Positions 33,126 to 42,839 of a stretch of DNA of 46,662 nt are shown in pieces. Numbering within the stretch: position 1 is the first letter of the stretch; every line of letters starts with the position of its first letter. Source of the DNA: an uncultured Pseudomonadales bacterium (GTDB lineage: Bacteria > Patescibacteriota > Microgenomatia > UBA1400 > PJMF01); NCBI GenBank assembly GCA_964515115.1, contig CAZESB010000005.1, positions 1 to 46,662 on the forward strand. Direction: 5' to 3'. The position numbers and the translations under genes were made by a program. The notes beneath the pieces were generated by a model, which was not told the origin of the DNA, made no database searches, and worked only from the letters and a program-made list of their open reading frames with translations.

Positions 33126-35289
33126 TTGCCAGCTGCTGCAAAACCTGATAAAGCTGGGAAGGATTGGCTAACCGGTACTTGGCTTTAGTCGAACCCGAAC
33201 CGATCTTAACTGTTAAGGCCGATTCCTGATCACGCAACACCGCAAACATTTCTTCATCCGTCACATCATCTCCGGCCGCGAAAATAAAATCACCTGGCTT
33301 ATTTTCAACCAACAGCCTGACAGCCGCGCCTTTGTTAATTCCCGCGTTTTTCACTTCTAAAACCTTGCTGCCTTCAAGAACTTGAATATTCATATTAGCA
33401 ATTAGATGCAACAGTTCATGCTTTAGTTCATTGGCTGCTGGTTTAGCCTCTTCCGGCTTCGAGCGCCGATAGTGCCAAGCCAGAGCATAAGCTTTTTCTT
33501 CAATGAATGATTTTTTTACTCTCTCCGAGTATTTTTGCAAAATCGGTCTGATTAGCGGTTTCCATTCAGACGTTAAGTTGGGAGCGTTTTGCCATTTACC
33601 ATTAATCCGAGTGATGGCCCCATGCTCAGCCACCAGCATAACCTTGAGTCCGCCAAACCAAGTCTCCATGGTCTCTTGATCTCGACCGGAAATAATAACA
33701 ATCCGGTTTTTTCGATTTTTAGCTAAGTTTGATAGCAGCTTTAGTATCCTCTCATTCGGCTCGGCTAACTCTGGCTTAGGAGCAAAGTCCGACAAAGTCC
33801 CATCGTAATCTAAAAAAATTAACCGCTTTGAAGATTTTTTCAACTTTTCATTTAAGATACTTTTACCCCGATTCAAAAGACTGGTTTGTTTAACATATTT
33901 GGTTTTAACTTTTTTCATTTCCTGAAAAATTTCTTCAAACCACCGACTGCTGGTGTTTTTCTTCAACCGAGATTGCATTTCAGTATTTCGCCAAATTTGC
34001 TCACTTTCAGGCATAGCCAAGGCAGTAGCGATAGCCTGACCCATCTCGGCAATACTATTGGGATTAACCAACAATGCTTGCCTTAACTCTTTAGCCGCCC
34101 CAGTCAATTCACTCAAAATTAAAACTCCCTTACCAGCTTGCAAGCTAGCCACGTATTCTTTAGCTACTAAATTCATCCCATCGCGCAGAGGCGTCACCAA
34201 GCAAATGTCTGCCAGCTGATACAAGGCCACCAATTCCTCCTGGCTAAAAGAGCGGAGTTGATAGGTAATCGGCAGCCAACCAATAGTCCCGTAACGGCCG
34301 TTGATCTCTGAAACCAAACGACTAATTTGACTCCGCATTTCTTTGTACTCAGGAATTTTGGTCCTGGATGGCACTGCAATCAAAATCAGCGAAACCTGAT
34401 GATGGTAATCAGGATAATGATCCAAAAAATAGCTAAAAGCCTGTAGGCGATTATATATTCCCTTGGTGTAATCCAGCCGATCTATAGAGATAATAATTTT
34501 CTTACCGGCAAAAATCTGCTTGAGATCAAAGAGAGCTTCTTGGACAACACCGGCAAAACTCTCATAATTAATACCCAAAGGAAATGATTGCGTTTTCACC
34601 AAACGGTTATTGTACAAAACGGTGCCAAAACTGTGGGTAAATCCAAGGATTCGGAGTACACTATCAAGAAAATAATGCCCATAATCATCAGTGTGCATGC
34701 CGATCAAATCCGCCCCCAACAGTCCCTCCAAAATCTGCACTCTCCAGGTTGAGGGCAGTATTCTGAATATTTCATAGGCAGGAAAAGGGATGTGGAGAAA
34801 AAAAATAATCTCCGCATTGGGAATTTTTTCTCTCACCAACTGAGGAACTAACATCAACTGGTAATCCTGAATGAAAATCAAGTCGCCTGGTTGGTAGTTT
34901 TTAATTATCTGATCCGCAAACCGCTGGTTAGCAACTCGATAGGCTTGCCAATAATCGTCGTCAAAGCGGCACTTATTGGGGAAATAATGAAAAAGAGGCC
35001 AAATTATCTCGTTGCAAAAACCTTCATAAAACTCTTTTTGCTCTTGTTGAGTGAAAAAAACGGGTACAGCTTGGTATTTTTTCCAGACCAGATTCTTTGC
35101 CGCCACTTTTTTGCTCTCACTAATCACTCCGCCAGGCCAACCAATCCAGAGATAATCCATCTTTTTGGTAAGCAGAAATTTTTCCAAATTCTGAGCTAAA
35201 CCACCAATACTGATTTTGGCCGCCAGTTTTTTATCCTGCTGAGAGAGAGTTACCGGCAATCGGTTGGAAACTACAATTAATTTTGACAT
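33118..35289 (-). CDS. otsA: bifunctional trehalose-6-phosphate synthase / trehalose-6-phosphate phosphatase
   Basis: GT20 domain (LIVVSNRLPV, IWPLFHY, FLHIPFP, LRDGMNLVAKEY) followed by a HAD phosphatase (LIFLDYDGTL, GDDVTDEEMF). ATG at 35289. The longer ORF-track N-terminus runs through tRNA-Gln and is rejected. Confidence 0.9.
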   Translation of the reverse strand: MSKLIVVSNRLPVTLSQQDKKLAAKISIGGLAQNLEKFLLTKKMDYLWIGWPGGVISESKKVAAKNLVWKKYQAVPVFFTQQEQKEFYEGFCNEIIWPLFHYFPNKCRFDDDYWQAYRVANQRFADQIIKNYQPGDLIFIQDYQLMLVPQLVREKIPNAEIIFFLHIPFPAYEIFRILPSTWRVQILEGLLGADLIGMHTDDYGHYFLDSVLRILGFTHSFGTVLYNNRLVKTQSFPLGINYESFAGVVQEALFDLKQIFAGKKIIISIDRLDYTKGIYNRLQAFSYFLDHYPDYHHQVSLILIAVPSRTKIPEYKEMRSQISRLVSEINGRYGTIGWLPITYQLRSFSQEELVALYQLADICLVTPLRDGMNLVAKEYVASLQAGKGVLILSELTGAAKELRQALLVNPNSIAEMGQAIATALAMPESEQIWRNTEMQSRLKKNTSSRWFEEIFQEMKKVKTKYVKQTSLLNRGKSILNEKLKKSSKRLIFLDYDGTLSDFAPKPELAEPNERILKLLSNLAKNRKNRIVIISGRDQETMETWFGGLKVMLVAEHGAITRINGKWQNAPNLTSEWKPLIRPILQKYSERVKKSFIEEKAYALAWHYRRSKPEEAKPAANELKHELLHLIANMNIQVLEGSKVLEVKNAGINKGAAVRLLVENKPGDFIFAAGDDVTDEEMFAVLRDQESALTVKIGSGSTKAKYRLANPSQLYQVLQQLAIS

Positions 35290-35370
35290 TTTAATACTGC
35301 CAAGAGTACAGAAAAATAGTAATAGTTCAATGAAAAATCGACCTAAGAAAGGTAAATAAGAAAAGTAAGG

Positions 35371-35441
35371 ATGCCCCGCTTGGATTCGAACCAAGATTAA
35401 CGGCTTCAAAGGCCGCTGTCCTGCCGTTAGACGACGGGGCA
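35371..35441 (-). tRNA. tRNA-Gln (anticodon TTG)
   Basis: Reverse complement is tgccccg-tc-gtct-aacggca-ggac-a-gcggc-cTTTGaa-gccgt-taat-cttgg-ttcgaat-ccaag-cggggca-t. Confidence 0.85.
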
Positions 35442-35545
35442 AAACAATAACTCTGTACAAGGCGGTATTTTAGCAGATTCGCCCATAAGAGTGAAGTTGA
35501 CATACAACATATAAAAATTGGCTTCTATCTGTATATAATAGTCAT

Positions 35546-37504
35546 ATGTCGAAATTTTTATCTAAAGTTTTTGGTACCCTGATTGTATTTTTAGCGGCTG
35601 GGTTTGGGCTGAATTCTCAGGCTCTGGCTCAATCTTACAGCTTGGAACAGACCGATGTTGAAGCCGTGGTCAATCAGGATGGTTCGATGACTGTCGTTCA
35701 AAACAGAACTTACGATTTTGATGGCAACTTTACTTTTGCTTATCTCACTGTTAATAAATCTCCGAATCAGCTTTATGAGCCTGGTAGAACAGAGCCATAT
35801 CTACTGAGTAATTTTTCTGTTTGCGAAAATTCAGTTTGTTATCGCCAGTTGGAAGAGGAGGAGATTTCGCTGGCTGAAACTGATAGGCCAGCGGGGAGTT
35901 TTTATGTTTTAGATGAGGGCAGCCGGTACTTCATCAAGTGGTTTTATCGCGCTAATTCAGAGGTAAAATTGTTTGAAATTTCCTATCTGGTAGAAAATGC
36001 TGTCACCTTGCATGAAGACACAGCGGAATTGTACTGGCAGTTTGTGGGCGATGAGTGGGATTTGCCTCATCATCAAGTGGCAGTAAAGATCGATCTCCCG
36101 GAAGAAGTGGTTGATAACGAAGTCCAAGCTTGGGCGCATGGGCCGCTTGACGGCGTGGTAGCAATTCCGGATCCTAAAACCGTGACTTTGACTGTGGATA
36201 AACTCGAACCAAGCACCTTTTTTGAGGCCAGAGTGTTAATGCCAAAGACTTGGTTTGAGGGTGGCGCCGCGGGCACTTTTACAGCGGCCACTATTCAAGA
36301 GCAAGAAAACCGGTTCATAGCCGAGACTGAAAAACAAAAGCGGCGCCAAAACCTCTACATCCAACTACTTTCAGTTGCCTCCGTCGCTCTCTCACTAGCC
36401 ACCATTTATCTACTCATCAAACAAAGTAAAAAATTCCTTACTCATGGTAAAGATTTGCCTTTGCCTAAAGTTAATCAATCCGGCCGACTCTGGGAGCCCC
36501 CGAGCGACATTGACCCGGCTCAAGTTCAGCAGCTTCTCATCGCCAACAAAAATATAGAACCGAGTGCTTTTACAGCTACTATCTTGTCCCTCATTCAAGA
36601 CCGACATTACAAAATCCAGCGCAGCGATCAAAAAGAAGGTTTAATCTTCAAAAAATATCATTACTATTTAGTGCCACAAAAAAACGCTGCTAAACAGCTC
36701 TCTTCCATTCAAAAATATGTCAATAATTACCTCAAGAAAATCGGTTTCAAGCCCACTACCCTTCAAGGAAAAAATGTTGAGGCTCTAGCTCTCAACCACA
36801 TCGTCAAATGGAGTAAAACTCACCAAACCACCAGTTATGAATTCTTCAAGAAATTTCCTGAAGTAGTGCATCAGGAAAATCTGGCTGAAAATTATTTCAG
36901 CCAAGAATCAGATCAAGCTGCCAAACAAGCAGGTTGGAGCATCGCGGCGGCAATCTTAATTCTGATCCTGCATTTTTTTATAATTATCCAAGGCACGACC
37001 TTGCTCAACCCAACCGCCCTTGCTTCTTCTATTATCGGTATTCTGACTGCCATTATTTTGCTTTTCGTTGGCATCATCAGTAGTAGTTATGGTCAAAAGC
37101 GCACTGACAAAGGGGCAGAGGAAACGGCAAAATGGCAGGCTTTCAAAAAACACATGCAAGACTACAGCAAAACCAAGAACTATCCGATTGATTCAATCGT
37201 GCTGTGGGAAAAATATTTGGTCTATGGTACTGTCCTGGGTGTTTCTGCTAAAGCGCTGTCGCAATTGCCGATCAAATTCCCACCTGTAGATCAGGCTGTG
37301 GCTACTTCCTATTGGGCTGCTTCTGCCGGCTCTACTACCGGTATTTCGGATTTTTCCACCTCGCTGGCTGATATTTCCTCTGCCATCAGCAGTATTTCTA
37401 CCGCCGCCAGTTCAAGTTACGGAGCCTCAGGAGTCGGTTCATCCGGCAGTTCTTCTGGAGGTGGAGGTGGTGGAGGTGGAGGCGGTGGGGGTGGAGCCGG
37501 TTAA
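35546..37504 (+). CDS. DUF2207-family membrane protein with poly-Gly C-terminal tail
   Basis: Signal peptide, an extracytoplasmic beta-rich domain, TM helices and a C-terminus SGSSSGGGGGGGGGGGGGAG, as is typical for DUF2207. TATAAT lies 6 nt upstream of the ATG. Confidence 0.7.
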   Translation: MSKFLSKVFGTLIVFLAAGFGLNSQALAQSYSLEQTDVEAVVNQDGSMTVVQNRTYDFDGNFTFAYLTVNKSPNQLYEPGRTEPYLLSNFSVCENSVCYRQLEEEEISLAETDRPAGSFYVLDEGSRYFIKWFYRANSEVKLFEISYLVENAVTLHEDTAELYWQFVGDEWDLPHHQVAVKIDLPEEVVDNEVQAWAHGPLDGVVAIPDPKTVTLTVDKLEPSTFFEARVLMPKTWFEGGAAGTFTAATIQEQENRFIAETEKQKRRQNLYIQLLSVASVALSLATIYLLIKQSKKFLTHGKDLPLPKVNQSGRLWEPPSDIDPAQVQQLLIANKNIEPSAFTATILSLIQDRHYKIQRSDQKEGLIFKKYHYYLVPQKNAAKQLSSIQKYVNNYLKKIGFKPTTLQGKNVEALALNHIVKWSKTHQTTSYEFFKKFPEVVHQENLAENYFSQESDQAAKQAGWSIAAAILILILHFFIIIQGTTLLNPTALASSIIGILTAIILLFVGIISSSYGQKRTDKGAEETAKWQAFKKHMQDYSKTKNYPIDSIVLWEKYLVYGTVLGVSAKALSQLPIKFPPVDQAVATSYWAASAGSTTGISDFSTSLADISSAISSISTAASSSYGASGVGSSGSSSGGGGGGGGGGGGGAG

Positions 37505-38007
37505 ATCAAAAACCGCCTTTTATCTTCCGATAAATCAATAAACTCATCAGCTTCATTCAAAATTCTGCTGCTGGTCGTTTGTTTAAAAGCAATTACTTCA
37601 GTCCTGCGGCCGTGTCCCCGCACATAGTCAAGCAAATCAACATAGTCACCATCACCAGAAACCAAAACCACCACATCCAACAGCGGCAACAACCTCACCA
37701 CATCAATGGAAAGCCCCACATCCCAGTCACCCTTTTTAGCACCACCATGAAACACCTGCAGAGCTTTGATCCTGGTTTCATAACCCAAGTTAGTCAAAAC
37801 TTCAAAAAAATCTTTTTCTCGCCCACTTTCACTTTCGATCACATAAGCAAAAGCGCGAATCAATTTTCTATTCGCCACCGCCGTTTCCAGCAAATTTTTA
37901 AAATTTACATTGGTATTGTAAAGATTTTGCGCCGAAAAATACATATTCGACACATCAACAAAAACACCAACGCGCTGTTCCGCGTGTTTAATGGGATTAG
38001 TTTTCAT
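37501..38007 (-). CDS. NYN-domain (LabA/DUF88-like) protein
   Basis: VGVFVDVSNMY...VLVSGDGDYVDLL, the PIN-like NYN acidic residues. The stop overlaps the DUF2207 stop by 4 nt (convergent). Confidence 0.75.
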   Translation of the reverse strand: MKTNPIKHAEQRVGVFVDVSNMYFSAQNLYNTNVNFKNLLETAVANRKLIRAFAYVIESESGREKDFFEVLTNLGYETRIKALQVFHGGAKKGDWDVGLSIDVVRLLPLLDVVVLVSGDGDYVDLLDYVRGHGRRTEVIAFKQTTSSRILNEADEFIDLSEDKRRFLI

Positions 38008-38025
38008 AATCCCATCGTATCACAC

Positions 38026-39306
38026 CTATTGGGGAATAATTCTGACAATCTTATCATCGCCGCTGCGAACGTTACCTCTGCCATCTTGATTGCTGGTAGC
38101 AAAATACAGGTGGCCATCAGGCCCCATCACTAACTCCCTAATTCTACCAAAATCATCCAGCGGTAGTTTTTCATACATCAAAATTTCTTCAGGATTTTCC
38201 GGATTGATCACAAAACGCATGATTCCTTCGCCCACCAACAAACCGGCAAAAAGATTATAGCGAAACTCGGGAATGTGCTCAGAATCATAGAAAAGTACCG
38301 AGGCAGGGGCGATGGCGGGAGTAAACACTACCAGTGGATCTACCATACCTTGAGCAGAGTTTTGATGAGAAACGCGCGGCCAGCCATAATTTTCACCGGG
38401 TTTGATTAGATTGATTTCGTCACCGCCACCCGGGCCATCAAATCCGGACGGACCATGCTCAGAGGAGTAGAGAGCTTCACTGCCAGGATACCAAGCAATT
38501 CCTTGAGGGTTGCGATGGCCATAAGACCAAACCCGGCTACCAGAAAAAGGATTATCATCCGGCACGGAGCCATCAGCATTGACACGCAAAATCTTCCCTC
38601 CTAAATTACCTAAATCCTGAGCAATTTCCCGATTAGAAGCATCGCCAGTGGTAATGTAAAGTTTGCCATCCGGCCCAAAACCCAGCTCGCAACCGGCGTG
38701 ATTATTAGCAGCCGGAATATTGTCCACCACTATCATGCTGTCACTCAGTCCTTCGCCGGTATCAGTAAATCTGGCCACCCGAGCCATCATCGTGCCAGCC
38801 GGCGTAGTGGCATAGCAAACATACAAATATCTATTAGTCGCGTAATTTGGATCCAAAACCAGACCCATTAAACCGGCTTCACCTCGAGCGGTAATTTCGG
38901 TAAATTCGTACAGCGGCTCATTCTGCAGCTCTCCACCGATAATCTCTCTGATTCTACCTGTTCTTTCAGTCACTAAAATTCTCTCAGGGCTGGTAAAAAC
39001 CACCGACCAAGGCACTGCTAAACCTTCTACAAAAGCTTCAGTTTTGTAAGCAATATTGCTGGCTTCGACGATAGCAAATTGGCTAGTGGGCAAGAGCGGA
39101 TCAGCGGCCAAACTAGTTTCATTTTCATCTTGAGCACCATTTAAATAAACCGGTTGGCCAGAATTGACATTTGCGAACGGCCAAATGGCTAAATAATCAA
39201 GAATCAGGGCAGAAATTAAAATTAAAGCAATTAAGACCAAGCCTAAACCTAAGCGTGCTTTTGTAAGCATAGTTTTTATTCCCGTTTTGTTGACATTACC
39301 AACCAT
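38026..39306 (-). CDS. PQQ-dependent sugar (glucose/sorbosone) dehydrogenase, membrane-anchored
   Basis: PWSVVFTSPERILVTERTGRIR, GLMGLVLDPNY, HAGCELGFGPDGKLYITTGD, GHRNPQGIAW, EHGP..GDEINLIKPGENYGWP. Confidence 0.85.
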   Translation of the reverse strand: MVGNVNKTGIKTMLTKARLGLGLVLIALILISALILDYLAIWPFANVNSGQPVYLNGAQDENETSLAADPLLPTSQFAIVEASNIAYKTEAFVEGLAVPWSVVFTSPERILVTERTGRIREIIGGELQNEPLYEFTEITARGEAGLMGLVLDPNYATNRYLYVCYATTPAGTMMARVARFTDTGEGLSDSMIVVDNIPAANNHAGCELGFGPDGKLYITTGDASNREIAQDLGNLGGKILRVNADGSVPDDNPFSGSRVWSYGHRNPQGIAWYPGSEALYSSEHGPSGFDGPGGGDEINLIKPGENYGWPRVSHQNSAQGMVDPLVVFTPAIAPASVLFYDSEHIPEFRYNLFAGLLVGEGIMRFVINPENPEEILMYEKLPLDDFGRIRELVMGPDGHLYFATSNQDGRGNVRSGDDKIVRIIPQ

Positions 39307-39321
39307 TTATAGTCGAGTAGG

Positions 39322-39356
39322 CAAAAAAGAAGGAGTAGGGCTGCTTCTACTCCTTC
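39322..39356 (-). terminator. intrinsic terminator after the glycosylase gene
   Basis: On the minus strand, gaaggagtag-aagcagcc-ctactccttc is followed by tttttt. That is a 10-bp perfect stem, an 8-nt loop and a T-tract. Confidence 0.75.
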
Positions 39357-39459
39357 CGTACCTATGCGTGAACAAGTTTTGTTAACTTGTGACATAGATC
39401 ACAATATTATCAATAAATAATGACATTGTATAGGACCAGTAAGAATATGGTAAGAAAAG

Positions 39460-40044
39460 CTATTTTCTAGAAATAAAGCGGTTGTTCCTGATGTAAAAGC
39501 GCAATTTTTCCTCGACAGCCTTGCTAATTCCCACCCGCGTAGTAAAAACAATCTCCTCTTCAGTCACAAGCTTAGAGTCCTCATCTTCAGCAACATAAAG
39601 CTGACTTGAAAATAGGCTCTGACCATCATGGCTTTTGTCGATACCCAAAGCCTGTGTTAGCCTGGCCGGACCACTGCAAAGTAACTCCAGCCTCTTTTGC
39701 TGCCGACGCTGCCTCATTACCTCAAGACCAGACAAAGGTTCCAGGGCGCGCAAGAGCACTCCTTCGCCAATGCCTTCGGTGTAAGTGGCAACATTGGCAC
39801 AATAATGCAGGCCATAACTCAAGTAAACATAAATTGTTCCCGGAGCGGCAAATAAAGATTTATTTCTTGGAGAAATGCCACCATAAGAGTGGGCGGCCGG
39901 ATCATCTTGATGATAACTTTCCGTTTCCACAATTCTACCGGCCACCAAGCCTTCCGGCAATTCATGTACCAGAATTTTTCCCAATAAATCCGGCGCCACC
40001 TCCTGTGTTTTTCTGGCAAAAAATTCTTTAGTGAGTTTTTGCAT
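39460..40044 (-). CDS. DNA-3-methyladenine glycosylase (MPG/AAG family)
   Basis: FFARKTQEVAPDLLGKIL...GRIVETESYHQDDPAAHSYGG.SPRN..LF..PGTIYVYLSYGLHYCANV. Confidence 0.9.
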   Translation of the reverse strand: MQKLTKEFFARKTQEVAPDLLGKILVHELPEGLVAGRIVETESYHQDDPAAHSYGGISPRNKSLFAAPGTIYVYLSYGLHYCANVATYTEGIGEGVLLRALEPLSGLEVMRQRRQQKRLELLCSGPARLTQALGIDKSHDGQSLFSSQLYVAEDEDSKLVTEEEIVFTTRVGISKAVEEKLRFYIRNNRFISRK

Positions 40045-40055
40045 AGTTAGAGCAT

Positions 40056-40979
40056 CTAGGCACCATATGGCTTACTACTTTGGAGCAAAACTTTAAGCCT
40101 ATTCATCATTTTGTGAAATTCATCAATATCTTTATATTCAAAATAGAAAAATTTACCTAGCCTAATGAAGCGCATAATTTGGTGCAGTCTCAGCTCGGCT
40201 TGATTGATTCGTTTCCCATAACCTTCCTCCAAAATAGCAAGAATGCTCTCATTGAATCTGTAGGTTATGCTCGCAAAATCTCTCAAAGGCGGACCAGCAA
40301 GCGAATCTACCCAGTCAATCAAAATCGGATTGCTGTTTTGCCACATAACATTACCATTATTGGCATCATCATGAACCAAAGTTGAGTTTGTCCACTTAAA
40401 ATTATTAAGATTTTCAAGAACTAACTCTTTGGCTTGGTCAATGAGTTGCTGTGCCCACAAATACTCAGGGGGCAGGCCATTAAAATCCTGTTCTTCCAGT
40501 TCTGCTGTTGCCAACTGTTTAAAACTATCAAACCTGTTTTCTTTTTCATGAAGTGAGCCAAAATAGTCAAATTTAATTTGATGTACCTGTTTTAACAGCA
40601 TGCCTAGTTTGATTAAATACTCTTTATTATTCCAAAGTTTCTTGTTTTTCAAGTCTTTCACCGTTCCTCCAGGAATGTATCTGCTTAATTGCCATCCATA
40701 CTTAAATACCGGATGGTTGTGGGCAGAGTGGAGGATTTCTTCGTGAGGGATATGATGAGTACTCAATAAATCATGAACATATTCCAATTTCCCCATAGGA
40801 GGCCAATATTCAAAACGGAAAATTTTGCCTACATATTTATTCTTTTCGCTTTCTAGCAGATAGGAATAACTATCAGCAGATTGAAATTTTTGGACAATTT
40901 TCAAATCAACCTTGAAGATATCCTCAGCAGATTTTTTCAACTCAAGTGGTAGATAATCCTCAAATACGAGTTCCGGCAT
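40056..40979 (-). CDS. aminoglycoside-phosphotransferase-fold (APH/choline kinase family) kinase
   Basis: Catalytic loop LVHDDANNGNVMW (HxDxxxxN) and metal-binding LIDWVDS. TAAAAT lies 6 nt upstream of the ATG. AT-rich. Confidence 0.7.
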   Translation of the reverse strand: MPELVFEDYLPLELKKSAEDIFKVDLKIVQKFQSADSYSYLLESEKNKYVGKIFRFEYWPPMGKLEYVHDLLSTHHIPHEEILHSAHNHPVFKYGWQLSRYIPGGTVKDLKNKKLWNNKEYLIKLGMLLKQVHQIKFDYFGSLHEKENRFDSFKQLATAELEEQDFNGLPPEYLWAQQLIDQAKELVLENLNNFKWTNSTLVHDDANNGNVMWQNSNPILIDWVDSLAGPPLRDFASITYRFNESILAILEEGYGKRINQAELRLHQIMRFIRLGKFFYFEYKDIDEFHKMMNRLKVLLQSSKPYGA

Positions 40980-41063
40980 AGAGTAATTTTACATCTTCTG
41001 CCAGAAAAAAGGTAAAAGATAATTTGGAGGTGTGGCAATTTGAGAGCCAAGTACGATTGCAGA

Positions 41064-41348
41064 CTAAGGCAAAATAGCTGCAAGTACCCACAAGGGAAGT
41101 GACAAAAGAATAACCGCACCTAGAACTCCCAACTTATTTCGCTTTAGAACCACCAAAGAGCCAATAATTCCTAAAAGATCTAATGGGTACGTTACATAAT
41201 TACAATATAGACTGCACCATTGGTGTGGTCTATGAAAAATATTTGTAAAGGAGCTATGAATTTCGAAAGTTTGTAAAAGATCTCTAATGAAATGATAAAG
41301 CGAGAAAATGAAAATAGTTATAAAGAGAGATCGCAAAAGCGGTTTCAT
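41064..41348 (-). CDS. small hypothetical membrane protein (about 3 TM)
   Basis: 94-aa ORF with hydrophobic segments LFITIFIFSLYHFI, LLGIIGSLVVL and GAVILLSLPLWVLAAIL. The start overlaps the upstream stop (ATGA). Confidence 0.5.
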   Translation of the reverse strand: MKPLLRSLFITIFIFSLYHFIRDLLQTFEIHSSFTNIFHRPHQWCSLYCNYVTYPLDLLGIIGSLVVLKRNKLGVLGAVILLSLPLWVLAAILP

Positions 41349-41788
41349 ATACTGATAGTTGGATTTAATTCTCTGTATCTACGTATATATATCTCTGCAC
41401 TTTTTGGATCATCATAAGTTGGAGTATTTTCGAATCCAAAGCAGAAATCGACAGCTTGTAATTGTGATAAAAACTCTAACCGATCAATAAGGATATTAAA
41501 TGGTCTGGAAATTCCTTTATTCAATTTAACAGCTGCGTCATTTTCAACACCAACAAAAAGCAGATCCCCTGCTGACTTTGCAGAACGAAGGTAAGCCAAA
41601 TGACCATTGTGTACCACATCAAACACTCCTAAAGCAAGAATGGCTCTTAGACCCCCGTTTCTTGTTTCTCTAATTTTCGAAACAGCTGCGGAATAGGCTA
41701 GTATTTTTCTTTCAAATCCTCCTAATTCTGGATTACTAGTCTTTCGATGGTCATTTATTGTCACTTTATATTTATTTTTGTTACACAA
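41345..41788 (-). CDS. cytidylyltransferase-like (HxGH) nucleotidyltransferase
   Basis: LALGVFDVVHNGHLAYLRSAKSAGDLLFVGVENDAAV, a TagD/RfaE-domain-II-type fold. TTG start overlaps the Fic stop by 8 nt. The exact start is uncertain. Confidence 0.6.
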   Translation of the reverse strand: MCNKNKYKVTINDHRKTSNPELGGFERKILAYSAAVSKIRETRNGGLRAILALGVFDVVHNGHLAYLRSAKSAGDLLFVGVENDAAVKLNKGISRPFNILIDRLEFLSQLQAVDFCFGFENTPTYDDPKSAEIYIRRYRELNPTISI

Positions 41789-42839
41789 CCTTATATTTCA
41801 CAGCTCGTCCTTGCCCCAACCGCTCAATTTTCTTAAGAGCAATGAGCTTACTTGTGACCTGGTTGATGGTGGGACGGGGAATATTCAATTTTTCTGATAA
41901 TTCCATTGGAGTTGCTTCTTTCTGCCGCTGCAAATACTCCCAAACTTTAATCTGAGTAGGTGAGAGTAATTTTTCGAGGTTTTCAGTTGTAAGTAATCCA
42001 ATAGCATACTGTGACTGCTCTAAAACTACGTCTAAAAAGAAATCCAACCAAGGTATAACTGTTGGATTCTTAGTTGCAAATGTTTTTTGGCTTTGTCGCA
42101 ACGACATGTAGTAATCTGGTTTATTATCTTCAATAATTTTTTCGTGAGAAATGTAAGGTATATATGCATAACCAGCTTGGAGTAAGAGCAGATTAGTTAA
42201 GATACGTGATAGTCTGCCGTTTCCATCGCTAAAGGGATGAATTTGTAGAAATTGGACGATAAAATGCCCAATAAGCAGTAGTGGGTGATATTTGCCACTG
42301 GCGAGCTCTTGAGTGGTCACTGTGGTCAACTCTGCCATCGCCATTGGTGTCAAATATGCTGGGGTTGTATCAAATAAAATCCCAACTGATTGTCCAGCCT
42401 CGTCAATCATATGGACTTTATTTTCCTGTTTTTTATATTCACCACGATGAAGTTGATCTTTATCTACATATTTGAGTAATTCCTGATGGAAATGTTTGAT
42501 CAAATTTTCTGAAAACCGAAGCTCATCCCAAGAGTTAAACACATTTGTCAACAGTTCAAAGTAGCCTTGCACTTCTTGTTTGTCTCGATTTGCAAATTGT
42601 TGAATAGAAATTCCTTTCATCAGTTTTTCAATGTCATCGTCAGACAATCTTGCACCCTCAATTCGGGTAGACGCTCCCGTAGAAGTCACAATAACTGACT
42701 TTTTCAAACGTCCAAGTACCTGAGGGTTAAGTTTGGCTCCACCAATCCATTGTCCTTTCAAGCCATCAATTTCAGCAATTTTTTGCCAGATTGAACTCGG
42801 AAGATTGTCTAAAAGTCGGTTAAGGGTGGATAAAGTCAT
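41781..42839 (-). CDS. Fic-family protein (AMPylase-type) with C-terminal winged-HTH
   Basis: Canonical Fic motif HPFSDGNGRLSRILTNLLLLQ (HxFx[D/E]GNGRxxR). Fic N-terminal helical domain. C-terminal wHTH-like ATPMELSEKLNIPRPTINQVTSKLIALKKI. Confidence 0.85.
   Translation of the reverse strand: MTLSTLNRLLDNLPSSIWQKIAEIDGLKGQWIGGAKLNPQVLGRLKKSVIVTSTGASTRIEGARLSDDDIEKLMKGISIQQFANRDKQEVQGYFELLTNVFNSWDELRFSENLIKHFHQELLKYVDKDQLHRGEYKKQENKVHMIDEAGQSVGILFDTTPAYLTPMAMAELTTVTTQELASGKYHPLLLIGHFIVQFLQIHPFSDGNGRLSRILTNLLLLQAGYAYIPYISHEKIIEDNKPDYYMSLRQSQKTFATKNPTVIPWLDFFLDVVLEQSQYAIGLLTTENLEKLLSPTQIKVWEYLQRQKEATPMELSEKLNIPRPTINQVTSKLIALKKIERLGQGRAVKYKVV

Noticed and set aside
35290-35460. 57-codon N-terminal extension of the otsA ORF
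   Set aside because: The extension runs antisense-free straight through tRNA-Gln (35371-35441). The GT20 domain begins at the Met at 35289 (MSKLIVVSNRLPV).
37457-37500. G-rich tract (ggaggtggaggtggtggaggtggaggcggtgggggtggag) as a G-quadruplex or simple-sequence repeat
   Set aside because: It is in frame and encodes the poly-Gly tail that is characteristic of DUF2207 proteins, so a separate feature is not needed. Slippage-prone length variation remains possible.
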